From a virus, in IMG/VR virus record IMGVR_UViG_3300026183_000930, positions 32,001 through 96,000 of that record: DNA of 64,000 nt. The stretch is one strand, 5' to 3'. Below, in pieces: positions 9,538 through 18,272 of the stretch. Made by a program: the position numbers and the translations under genes. Below the pieces are notes generated by a model. That model did no database searches, was not told the DNA's origin, and worked only from the letters and a program-made list of their open reading frames with translations. Position 1 is the first letter of the stretch; every line of letters begins with the position of its first letter.

Positions 9538-10022
9538 GATAAGTTATACTCAAAGTTTTGTGTTTCTTCATTGATGTGTATTTGCTTGGCTCCATGCCTA
9601 ATATGAAAGTGTGTAGCCATTGGTGTTAAAGGTGACAGTGTAACTAACCTATCAATCAAAGAATCTTTTTTACATTGTTCTTTTAATTTTTTAATAATTT
9701 CTTTACCTGCTCCTCTTTTTCTACTCCACACAGTGTAAGCAACAGCCACATTCTTTTCATCTAGTTTTGTATCAACTCTTGACATGTAATCCATTTCTCT
9801 CACAGTGTAAGGTACTTCAGGACAAAAAGCAACACACACAATTGCTTCAACTTCATTTTCATATTTCAATCCAAATATTTTTCTGCCATTTGTGATTCTA
9901 AATCCCAATGTGAGTTCAGGCCTTACTGGATCTTCTGACACATCAATGTCATCTAGTTCAACCAGCTCTGTGCCTTTGACCCATTTAAAAAAATCATTTA
10001 TGTTGTCTTTAAACTTTTTCAT
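9534..10022 (-). CDS. Hypothetical protein, GNAT-like
   Basis: AYTVWSRKRGAGK, TLSPLT, FHIRHGA. Confidence 0.6.
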   Translation of the reverse strand: MKKFKDNINDFFKWVKGTELVELDDIDVSEDPVRPELTLGFRITNGRKIFGLKYENEVEAIVCVAFCPEVPYTVREMDYMSRVDTKLDEKNVAVAYTVWSRKRGAGKEIIKKLKEQCKKDSLIDRLVTLSPLTPMATHFHIRHGAKQIHINEETQNFEYNLS

Positions 10023-10384
10023 ACTATTTTTCTTCTTCTCTTTTTGAATTTTGTGTTGTTAACTCCTGGATTGTCTCTGATCCATTTTTCCAATGCAATA
10101 CGTTTTGCTTTGGCTTCTTCCCAAATTTTGTTTCGTTTTTCTCTGTAAATCTGTATGTCTTCATCAGTGTGATATCTTTCTTTGTCTGTAAGAGCATTCC
10201 ATTCTTTCCTGGTTATTTTCATTCTTGTCTGACACACTGGTGCACTCATGTAGACCCATTTTGTTCCTATCACTACCCACAACATACGTAGGCCACATAA
10301 TGCAAACTTGTTGTCCCATAATCCAACTTGCCATCGTTCTGCTTTTTGCCATTTCTTTGCTTTAGGAGGTTGATAAACCGACAA
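10019..10384 (-). CDS. Hypothetical protein
   Basis: ORF overlapping neighbours in operon-like run. Confidence 0.55.
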   Translation of the reverse strand: MSVYQPPKAKKWQKAERWQVGLWDNKFALCGLRMLWVVIGTKWVYMSAPVCQTRMKITRKEWNALTDKERYHTDEDIQIYREKRNKIWEEAKAKRIALEKWIRDNPGVNNTKFKKRRRKIV

Positions 10385-10676
10385 CTGAACTCTCCGCTAT
10401 CTGTTCTGGATTCACTCCGGTTTTTTGTTTAAGTTTTAAAATGATATTGTCAATGTCTTGCTCTGACTGATGTCCTTTTACAGTGTCGCCTGGCATTGTG
10501 ATATTTTGTACTTCAACCATTTTACCATTGTCATTAAACATGCCTATTTCATATAATCCATCTTTGTAACCATATGATCCTGAATGCTTGACCACACTCA
10601 AAGTCAAATGTCCAAAATTAATTTTTGCTGACACGCCATCTAAATAAGATTCAAATTTGATATCATTAAATTTCAT
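10362..10676 (-). CDS. Hypothetical phage protein
   Basis: SVVKHSGSYG..GLYEIG motif; promoter upstream. Confidence 0.65.
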   Translation of the reverse strand: MKFNDIKFESYLDGVSAKINFGHLTLSVVKHSGSYGYKDGLYEIGMFNDNGKMVEVQNITMPGDTVKGHQSEQDIDNIILKLKQKTGVNPEQIAESSVVGLSTS

Positions 10677-10699
10677 TTGTTTGCCTTTTGTTTTGTTAT

Positions 10700-10728
10700 A
10701 TAATATAGCAAAATGCTATTATTGTCAA
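10700..10728 (-). promoter_or_regulatory. Sigma70-type early promoter
   Basis: TTGACA-N17-TATTAT. Confidence 0.65.
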
Positions 10729-10751
10729 CCTGTTAAGAGTCTTTGAATAGT

Positions 10752-10828
<77 letters not shown>

Positions 10829-10920
10829 ATTATTATCAACTATGTATTTGGTATTCTCTCTTAATTAAAATGTATAGTAACTATAACACAAATAGATTAT
10901 GTGTCAACCTGTTTCAGGTA

Positions 10921-11220
10921 TTATTTGATATCTTTGTCTGCTTGATTAAACTCTTCTGTGATTTGCTTGTTGTACTCTTGTTGAGTTTGATGTGGATTGT
11001 CTTGTGTTTTTTGTTTGAGTTTTATACACTCAGGATCGTTAGGTGCAAACACACAGCCAATTATTGCACCAATGCTTTTCATTTTACCAACTGAATCAAT
11101 TGTGGTTGGTTGTTTTGGTCCTTGTGTTTCTAATGATTTTTTAGCACAGCCAGACACAGCGATTGCAACTAACACTGCTACAATTATCATTATAAATTTT
11201 TTACTGTTGAAGAATTCCAT
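10921..11220 (-). CDS. Putative lipoprotein
   Basis: Lipobox VSGC after hydrophobic signal. Confidence 0.65.
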   Translation of the reverse strand: MEFFNSKKFIMIIVAVLVAIAVSGCAKKSLETQGPKQPTTIDSVGKMKSIGAIIGCVFAPNDPECIKLKQKTQDNPHQTQQEYNKQITEEFNQADKDIK

Positions 11221-11245
11221 TGTGAATATTTAATAATAAAAACTA

Positions 11246-11452
11246 CTACTTAGAATGCGGTGGCATTTTCTTTTCAACAAACCAAACATGTTTTTGTAGA
11301 ACAGGATCAAACTTTCTTTGTCTCAACTTCATTGTTCTCTTTTCACCTTTGGTTGGCTTTCTAACATAATACCTTGTGCCTGTGTCTGTTTTGTTGTCCT
11401 CAGGAACCAACATCTTAAGTTCAAATGTTTTCTTACTGCTTTTCTTTGCCAT
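11246..11452 (-). CDS. rpmG: Ribosomal protein bL33 (Zn-free type)
   Basis: TGTRYYVRK...KLRQRKFDPVLQKHVWFVEKK; no Cys. Confidence 0.85.
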   Translation of the reverse strand: MAKKSSKKTFELKMLVPEDNKTDTGTRYYVRKPTKGEKRTMKLRQRKFDPVLQKHVWFVEKKMPPHSK

Positions 11453-11461
11453 ACCTAATAT

Positions 11462-11680
11462 TTACTTTTTCAGCCATTTGTCCACATTGTATAATCTTGG
11501 ATTGAATCCTTCTGGCCATTTAAAATTAAACTCATATGTGTTGTCGTTTTTACACACAACCCTAATTTGATGTCCATTTACTTCGGAATCAGACCAATAC
11601 CTTTCATAGTTCTCTATGTCAATGACAGTGTGGGTTGGATTTTTATTTTTGTTTTTGTAAACTTTTTTTGTTTTTTTCAT
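11462..11680 (-). CDS. Hypothetical protein
   Basis: 72-aa ORF; TTGACA promoter about 11720-11747. Confidence 0.55.
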   Translation of the reverse strand: MKKTKKVYKNKNKNPTHTVIDIENYERYWSDSEVNGHQIRVVCKNDNTYEFNFKWPEGFNPRLYNVDKWLKK

Positions 11681-11756
11681 ATAGTTATAAGCAAACTTTG
11701 TAGAATGCTTATAACTATAATATACTTTGTATTGTGTAAAATGTCAACCTTACTGT

Positions 11757-11951
11757 TTACCAATTATTTGTGGATTTAACAGATTTATGACCTAGTATTT
11801 TGCCTTCATTTTTACCATGTTTTACCAAGTATCCTGAAGTTCCATTACCATTAATATCTACTTCTTTCTTTGCACTGAACATTACCATTGCCTTACGAGC
11901 AAGTGATGAGTTCTTTGCATAGTTTTTGAGTAGATGACTGAATCGTGCCAT
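11757..11951 (-). CDS. Small basic protein downstream of glutamine riboswitch
   Basis: 64 aa, RBS GGGGAGGGTGAT-ATG. Confidence 0.7.
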   Translation of the reverse strand: MARFSHLLKNYAKNSSLARKAMVMFSAKKEVDINGNGTSGYLVKHGKNEGKILGHKSVKSTNNW

Positions 11952-11976
11952 ATCACCCTCCCCGGTTAAAGTTTAG

Positions 11977-12024
11977 GTGCGTTCCTTCGCTTTATGCTAC
12001 TTCCGACCCTAATGGGTTGAACGT
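11977..12024 (-). promoter_or_regulatory. glnA-type glutamine riboswitch (glutamine-I)
   Basis: ACGUUC-A-ACCC-AUUA-GGGU-CGGAAGUA-GC-AUAAA-GC-GAAG-GAACG-CAC fits the three-way junction/E-loop consensus as I recall it. Confidence 0.8.
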
Positions 12025-12075
12025 ATTTGTATTTAGCATACCAGGTATGCAATTTTTTAATACTAGTTTACCCAT

Positions 12076-12104
12076 AAAAAAAGGGCGACACAAAGCCGCC
12101 CTTT
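12076..12104 (-). terminator. Rho-independent terminator
   Basis: AAAGGGCGGC-TTTGT-GTCGCCCTTT followed by T-run on minus strand. Confidence 0.8.
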
Positions 12105-12128
12105 AAATGTTTTTTATAAGACTAAAAA

Positions 12129-12371
12129 TTAGTCGTTAAAAGAAACTACTGCAGACACACCTGCGATTGTAGGTAATGTTGCTGTACCTTGTACTGCGAT
12201 GTATGAAGTTGTAGCATCGTCATCGTTCACACCTGCGATAGTGTGTGTTAATGCCAATTCAGCTACTGCATCTGCTGTAGGTGTAGTTGCTTTTGTGCAA
12301 GATAGTACAGAAGTTTTTGGACCTAAGCCGTTACCGCTTCTTACTACTGCGTTGTTTGAAATTACTGCCAT
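12129..12371 (-). CDS. Small Ala/Thr-rich probable virion protein
   Basis: Strong RBS AAGGAGA, late ATAAATA near 12451, structured leader, terminator. Confidence 0.6.
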   Translation of the reverse strand: MAVISNNAVVRSGNGLGPKTSVLSCTKATTPTADAVAELALTHTIAGVNDDDATTSYIAVQGTATLPTIAGVSAVVSFND

Positions 12372-12485
12372 TTTATTTCTCCTTAAAATGAATTTGTTAA
12401 ACCCAAATAGTCACAATCCTTTGAACTGTGATCTTAACTGGATGTACTTTTATTTATGAAAATAAAAAGAAATAAAGCACTAATT

Positions 12486-12938
12486 TTATACAAAACCAGC
12501 AAAAGTGCCGTTTTTATTAATGGTCAGCGTCTGTTTTCTGTTTTTGTCATTGTCAGCATAACTCACATGCACCCATCCACTGCGTGGATCAACACCATTA
12601 TAAAACTCCAATATCAACTGATCAAAATCACAGTTGTCTCTGATCCATTCTGCAACTTCTTTGTTGCTGACTGTGGGTACTTCAATGTCTGCCGCCTGTC
12701 CTACCATGTGCTGACTTTTGTTGCTAGAGCCAACTGCTTTGTTCAGTTTTGGACATCTGTATCCAGAATTAATAGTAACTGGACCAAATTGATTTCTCAC
12801 AGGCTGTAATACTTTTTCACAAAGTGTTTGTAAATTGGTAATCACACTGGGTTCATGTGGAGCATTGTTTATGCCTTTACGCAATGCGGTCTGTGACTTT
12901 AGCATTTCTGACAAAGAAAAATTTTCAGTTAATTGCAT
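12486..12938 (-). CDS. Peptidase M15A family (candidate endolysin)
   Basis: SGYRC..LN.AVG...SQHMVGQAADI, WVHVS. Confidence 0.9.
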   Translation of the reverse strand: MQLTENFSLSEMLKSQTALRKGINNAPHEPSVITNLQTLCEKVLQPVRNQFGPVTINSGYRCPKLNKAVGSSNKSQHMVGQAADIEVPTVSNKEVAEWIRDNCDFDQLILEFYNGVDPRSGWVHVSYADNDKNRKQTLTINKNGTFAGFV

Positions 12939-13355
12939 TTACAAATCTCCTTGTTTTCTGTTTTCCGAATAGTAAACATCAAACTCACCACCCGGATAAC
13001 GTTTTTTTAATTTATTTACATTTTCTTCAATTACTTCGTTTGGGTTAAGACCAAGGCTCCTACAAGCATTAATCCAATACCACATAATATCGCCCAACTC
13101 TCGTTTAAGATGAAATACAGTTTCATCGTCCAATGGTTTGCCTTGGAATATACATTTTTTAATGATTTCATTAAACTCGCCTCCTTCACTTGCTATACCA
13201 ATACCGCCTGTCAGCAGTAAAGATATATTAACACCTTTTTTTTCCAGTTCAGTCATTTGCTGAACCATTGGTGCCAATTCATTACTTTCAGCAGATGTCA
13301 CTGCTTGTACAAATTCTTTATATCGGTTTAGGTCAATCATTTTTGTTTTCTCCAT
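12939..13355 (-). CDS. MazG-like nucleoside triphosphate pyrophosphohydrolase
   Basis: SEGGEFNEIIKK...ELGDIMWY. Confidence 0.88.
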   Translation of the reverse strand: MEKTKMIDLNRYKEFVQAVTSAESNELAPMVQQMTELEKKGVNISLLLTGGIGIASEGGEFNEIIKKCIFQGKPLDDETVFHLKRELGDIMWYWINACRSLGLNPNEVIEENVNKLKKRYPGGEFDVYYSENRKQGDL

Positions 13356-14506
13356 GTTTCATCTCCAGGCCACAATGGCAACTGTGTTCCTGGTGCTCTT
13401 TTTGGTATTTTTGAGTCAGCACTTGATACGCAAGTTGGTGATATACATTGTTGTGGTCGATCAAACAACTTGAATCCTGTTTCAATGTTTCCAATAGGCT
13501 TGTCATGACAACTGTAACTTCTTTTTATACTGCCATCTGGTTCTCTAATAATAATTGATCTATAACCAGAACTACATTCCCAGCCATTAAATCTATTAAA
13601 ATTAAAAGCATTAAATCTTTCTGCTTGATCCATGTACCATTCTTTGTGTTCAGAGTCTTTGAACTCTACTTGAAAGTGTTGTGGTATATTTTCTTTTTCA
13701 AAATTTTGATATATTGGATCAGGTATTTTATTAAATGTGGCTTTGGGTCTTTCAACATTTTTGTTTTTGTGTTCTGTGAAAGCACGTTGTGGCATTCCAT
13801 TGTGTAACTTTTCCAACATCTCATCTGTGTAGCCTTCAACAACTTTTGACGCTGTAGGATCTGATTGAGGTTTGAGCGTGACGTTAATACCTCTGTTGTG
13901 GAAATACAATGATTCCTCATATAGTTCATCGAACCATTCTGGTACCATGACTTGGTTGATTGTGACCTGCACATCCCATTCTTGTGCAAAACAAAGTTTG
14001 TCTGCAAACTGTTCTCTTTTCTCTTGTGTGTTAACGTGTTCCCTGTGGTATGAAGCCGTGATACTGGCTCTATGGAACGGTGCGACTGTGTTGACATATT
14101 GTTCAAACCATTTCATATTTCTACTGCAATTACTGGTCATGTGTACTGATGTGTAATTGGTATTGCTTACATCTTGTGCAAGGTGTTGGAGAATGTCCAA
14201 GTACCCAGGATGAAATGTGGGCTCTCCACCTGACAATGAAAAATGAAATGAATTGAATCCTCGTTCTCTGGCTTGCCGTTTGATTTCATCAATAGTGAGT
14301 AAACACAGTTCAGTGGGTCTGTGATCTTTTTTGTCTGATCTTGCATAGGGCCAACAGTAACTACATCTGTAATTACAGAACCTACCAAGCAACCAACTGA
14401 CAGTGAACATGTCACGATACAACATGGTACGTTGTCCAACTCTGACTAGATCGTCAAAAGGAATTTTGGTAAAATCGTATTCGCTCCATTTTAAATCATT
14501 ACTCAT
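13337..14506 (-). CDS. Radical SAM protein
   Basis: CNYRCSYC, SGGEPT. Confidence 0.88.
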   Translation of the reverse strand: MSNDLKWSEYDFTKIPFDDLVRVGQRTMLYRDMFTVSWLLGRFCNYRCSYCWPYARSDKKDHRPTELCLLTIDEIKRQARERGFNSFHFSLSGGEPTFHPGYLDILQHLAQDVSNTNYTSVHMTSNCSRNMKWFEQYVNTVAPFHRASITASYHREHVNTQEKREQFADKLCFAQEWDVQVTINQVMVPEWFDELYEESLYFHNRGINVTLKPQSDPTASKVVEGYTDEMLEKLHNGMPQRAFTEHKNKNVERPKATFNKIPDPIYQNFEKENIPQHFQVEFKDSEHKEWYMDQAERFNAFNFNRFNGWECSSGYRSIIIREPDGSIKRSYSCHDKPIGNIETGFKLFDRPQQCISPTCVSSADSKIPKRAPGTQLPLWPGDETWRKQK

Positions 14507-14513
14507 GTGTATA

Positions 14514-15503
14514 CTATAACACTAATTCTGTTATGTGTCTATCAATTTTAGAGTCAAACAACAGTTTTTTATTGTGTCTTAATCTTTGTTCTAAATTATT
14601 AATCACAGGTTTTTCTTTAATAAACTTTTCTAATTCGTTAACAGCACCAATATATCTCAGCACATGATCAGTTTGGTTATCATAGATATGATCTATAACA
14701 TCATCAAACACATCAAATCCTTGCTGTCTAAAATAACTCACAGTACCTGGTAATGCTATCCATATTGGTATTTGCAAATTGGCAAAAGCCTTATATGATT
14801 TTTCAGTAACAAACAAAAGGTCATAATTTAATTCTTCAGCAGTGTAACTGTGTGCGTATCCTACATCATTGGTGTGTCCATACGACTCAGTTATTAAAGA
14901 CACTAGAATATTTTGATATAAACTATTGCTTTGTTCTCTATCGTTACGACTATGCTCATTGTCAAACTCATAATCAATCACAAGTTTCTTATTATTTGTA
15001 TAAAGGTCTTTTATATAGTTTACTGATTGTTTGTCTGTTTGCCATGTTTCAAGTTGTTTGAGGTCATTATCATAATTGCCATGATATCTGTTTAACAAAC
15101 TAACTTTGCCTAATGACATTAGATTTCTTTTATATAGTTCACTAACAACAAACATTCTGTGAAGTTTTGATGTTGCGTTCAAACAGATAAAATTATACTT
15201 GGTTGATACTGTATCATTTAAATGTATACTATTATTTGTAATACTGTAAACATACTCATAACGAAAATAGTCAAATGGCTTGCAATTTTTACATTCAAAG
15301 TTAAGATTACCATGTAACAAAATTTTATCAGTGCCAGAAATGCTTTTAATAAATTTTTTATTTTTGTGTACATAGCCTTCATAAAAGTTAAAAACTTTAT
15401 ACTTGCTTTCATGCTTGGTTATACTACTACTAATATCTGATAAAGGATACACTGAATCTCCCAACATTTGTTTGATTAGACTTTTATTATTAAAGTTTGT
15501 CAT
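14514..15503 (-). CDS. Hypothetical protein, possibly glycosyltransferase-like
   Basis: FICLN...HR, SLITES, FVTEKSYK, GFDVFDDVIDH. Confidence 0.55.
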   Translation of the reverse strand: MTNFNNKSLIKQMLGDSVYPLSDISSSITKHESKYKVFNFYEGYVHKNKKFIKSISGTDKILLHGNLNFECKNCKPFDYFRYEYVYSITNNSIHLNDTVSTKYNFICLNATSKLHRMFVVSELYKRNLMSLGKVSLLNRYHGNYDNDLKQLETWQTDKQSVNYIKDLYTNNKKLVIDYEFDNEHSRNDREQSNSLYQNILVSLITESYGHTNDVGYAHSYTAEELNYDLLFVTEKSYKAFANLQIPIWIALPGTVSYFRQQGFDVFDDVIDHIYDNQTDHVLRYIGAVNELEKFIKEKPVINNLEQRLRHNKKLLFDSKIDRHITELVL

Positions 15504-16285
15504 AGTTTTGCTTTTTTATTTCTAAAATCTTGTTGCTCTGTTTTCCATTCTGGCGTTTGTGTGTCTACTGGGTTGTTCCATATTTTATTGTTCCATTCCA
15601 ACATCCAACTTTTTGATTTGTCAGATATAGTTATTTCAGTCAGTACAGTTTCAATATACTGAACATGTTCTTCAGGTGTTGGGTGCAATTCTTCTTGTGG
15701 CTTTCCATTGGTTATAGTGGTTGGTCTTGATTTAGAATGCCAATCATTTTGAAATACAACTTCAAAATAACTTTTTCTTATATCCGGAAAAAGATTTTGG
15801 TATAACTGGTACACTTCATTGTATGAGTTATTCATTTTGGTGTTCCATTGATTAAACATTTTTTCAATTGGTACCATGCTTAAAAAATACCAAGTACATC
15901 CTGACAGTCTAAGAATATCCCTAACTGCTTTTATATAAGCACAGTCTCTAACAAAAAATCCTTCTTGATCGCAGTAGTTTTTTACAAATTGCTTATCGTA
16001 ATATGTTTGAGTGTATATGTTTCCAGAATTTAACCAGTCTTGATTTATTCTTCTGTCTTCACGCATTACATTGGTCCAACACACAATCACTAAATCATCT
16101 TTGTTAAATTTGTAGTGTTGGTCCGCTTGTGAAACATGATTGAATGCAAAGTGATTGCCACTGCCACTAGAACCATAATTGTAGTATTCTGGCATGTCGT
16201 AGCCAACAGCATCTGCCCAAGTAGGCCAAATATAATTTGTAAAACTGCAACCAAATGCAAAAAATCTTTTAAACATATTCTTCAT
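15500..16285 (-). CDS. SGNH-hydrolase-like hypothetical protein
   Basis: FGCSFT, GSGN, HP near C-terminus. Confidence 0.6.
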   Translation of the reverse strand: MKNMFKRFFAFGCSFTNYIWPTWADAVGYDMPEYYNYGSSGSGNHFAFNHVSQADQHYKFNKDDLVIVCWTNVMREDRRINQDWLNSGNIYTQTYYDKQFVKNYCDQEGFFVRDCAYIKAVRDILRLSGCTWYFLSMVPIEKMFNQWNTKMNNSYNEVYQLYQNLFPDIRKSYFEVVFQNDWHSKSRPTTITNGKPQEELHPTPEEHVQYIETVLTEITISDKSKSWMLEWNNKIWNNPVDTQTPEWKTEQQDFRNKKAKL

Positions 16286-17036
16286 TCTTTATCTTATCAA
16301 GTGTATACTTCAATGAGTAATCTTGTTCTACTTTACCAAAGTGTGATAAGTCTCTAGCCAAATCTTTTTTATAGTCTGCTTGATAATTTAATCTTCCAGT
16401 TGGTATCACAATTAAATTTATACTGTTTTGTTTACACTGTTGTTTAATAAATTCAAGCATAGAATATCGGTACCACTTGCTATTACTATCATCTATTATA
16501 TCAATTAATGGTCTTGATTCATTGATTTTGCAACTCATTAGCTCTTCTTGTTCAAATTGGCAAGTTGAAACCACAGTCTCTTGATCCCACCAATTGAATC
16601 TTTCCATAGGTGGTTCTTTTAATACAACAGTTTTTGGTTTCAATATTGGTATCCAATAGCACAATCTTTGAGCCACGTGTTGCCAATCTGCGCCACCGCA
16701 GGCAATGTTATGATAAGGAACGTTTAATTGTTCTGCCACACGCGATGCCCATAATACATCTAGAGAAAGCCCAACTCCTACAGTTTGACTGCAACCTGTA
16801 AACAGCATTTCACAAGGTATATCAAAACTGTCACATCTGTACCCATGCTCATTGAAACTGTAAGTTATTTCTTTATCAAGCCACCCATTCATTTCAAGCA
16901 GTTTTTTAGTTTTTTTATCTGCAATATGTTTGTTAAAAGATTTTTCACTATCCATATCCAGCCAGAAATGAGTAGAATTTCCACAACGTTCGTAATGAGA
17001 TCTTCCCCAAATTTTTAATATTTTTTTTTGCTTCAT
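16269..17036 (-). CDS. SGNH-hydrolase-like hypothetical protein
   Basis: GCSQTVGVG, NIACGG, ARDLSHFG. Confidence 0.6.
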   Translation of the reverse strand: MKQKKILKIWGRSHYERCGNSTHFWLDMDSEKSFNKHIADKKTKKLLEMNGWLDKEITYSFNEHGYRCDSFDIPCEMLFTGCSQTVGVGLSLDVLWASRVAEQLNVPYHNIACGGADWQHVAQRLCYWIPILKPKTVVLKEPPMERFNWWDQETVVSTCQFEQEELMSCKINESRPLIDIIDDSNSKWYRYSMLEFIKQQCKQNSINLIVIPTGRLNYQADYKKDLARDLSHFGKVEQDYSLKYTLDKIKNEEYV

Positions 17037-17120
17037 TGGTGTCCTTTTTTTATTAACTTTTTAAAGCATATCATTATCTATTTATCTGCCATATTAAATA
17101 CACAAAAGGTACTTACTTAG

Positions 17121-17582
17121 ATGTCAAACTCTTATTGTTTTAAATTAATTCCTAATAAAAATGTAATGGGTCATACCTATACCTGTTTAGAAGATGATAT
17201 TAATTTAAAAGCATGGCAAAATATCAGCAGTGCCACATTCTTTGATATTAAAATTGTTCCTAGGTTTGATATAGATGTTTATAAACCTATCTTAACAAAA
17301 ATTAAAGAAATTATCAAAACAAAAGATTGTGTTGTTCATTTTTCAAATGAGTTCACAGATAGATGGACAACTAAACACGAAAAGTTTTTTTGGGAGCTTT
17401 TAAAAAGACTTGAAGGAGAAAAATTTTCTCTGGAACTTCAAGTAAGGCCGTTGTTAGCAGGACATTATGATAATTTAATTGAAAAGATAAAAAACTACGC
17501 TTCTAGCAATAACATCTTGTTTTGTGAATTTTCTATATCAAGAACAAATTTTGTTGAACACACCCTTTACAAAAATTATTGA
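17121..17582 (+). CDS. Hypothetical protein
   Basis: 153-aa ORF. Confidence 0.5.
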   Translation: MSNSYCFKLIPNKNVMGHTYTCLEDDINLKAWQNISSATFFDIKIVPRFDIDVYKPILTKIKEIIKTKDCVVHFSNEFTDRWTTKHEKFFWELLKRLEGEKFSLELQVRPLLAGHYDNLIEKIKNYASSNNILFCEFSISRTNFVEHTLYKNY

Positions 17583-17632
17583 ATACAGGTAGGTTGTCGT
17601 AAAAAGAAATAACAAAATTTACTAATTTTGAA

Positions 17633-17722
17633 TTATCTTTTCTTTTTGTTTCTTCTTCTGGCTCGTCTTTTTTTAGAGCCTCTTTTTCGTCTACCACGAT
17701 GTGTTTTATCTTGTCTTGCCAT
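17633..17722 (-). CDS. 29-aa Arg/Lys-rich peptide MARQDKTHRGRRKRGSKKRRARRRNKKKR (not in ORF track)
   Basis: Translated by hand; TATAAATA late motif (17731-17738) 8 nt upstream. Confidence 0.65.
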   Translation of the reverse strand: MARQDKTHRGRRKRGSKKRRARRRNKKKR

Positions 17723-17746
17723 AGTGAGCGTATTTATAACTCAGTC

Positions 17747-17791
17747 AAAAAAAAGCCCCGGACTAGTGTAACCAAATGTTACTGCCGGGGT
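17747..17791 (-). terminator. Terminator of the repeat RNA
   Basis: ACCCCGG...CCGGGGC hairpin followed by U8. Confidence 0.75.
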
Positions 17792-18123
17792 AAACAAAAA
17801 TACTTTTTTGTCTGTTATCATATTCGAGCTTGTTGGCAGAATTTTATAAGCCTTTTTAAGAACATTCGTTCCGCTAACTGCCAGCTCGAACAATATGAGC
17901 ATTTTTAAACTACTGGAGTCGCTCAAAGCAAAGACATTTTTAAGCCACTATAGCCGTCTTTAAATAAAGGCACTCTTTATATCCTAAACGGAAGCCTTTT
18001 AAATGTAAGCCTTTTTACTTGCTACTGCATCGCTTACTAAAACGAAAGCCTATTTAAACTACTAGAGTCGCTTTCAATACTTGCTAAAGCATTTTTAAAC
18101 CTAAGTCGCTTTGTGTTGCAAGT
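17747..18123 (-). ncRNA. Tandem seven-module structured RNA (unknown family)
   Basis: Units at 17849-17875, 17896-17925, 17930-17961, 17966-17999, 18005-18037, 18044-18075, 18086-18112; covarying stems and conserved UAAAAA(U/G) bulge. Confidence 0.75.
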
Positions 18124-18272
18124 GTAATTAGTTATGACCTAAGATTGTTCTATATGTATCCAGTTAATATTTTTTTTATTAACACATCATATATCTGTTA
18201 TACTGCTTTTTTATTTTGCCACTTGGCCAATTAAGTAATTGTGCAATGAATGTTTGAACAGGAGATACTACT

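Noticed and set aside
17699-17926. ORFs 17699..17908(+) and 17741..17926(-)
   Set aside because: No RBS; they overlap the structured RNA and terminator and look like chance ORFs.
17849-18112. CRISPR or TIGR-type guide array
   Set aside because: The variable segments are short and self-complementary and the stems covary rather than repeat identically; no box C/D motifs and no cas or Nop-domain gene in the window.
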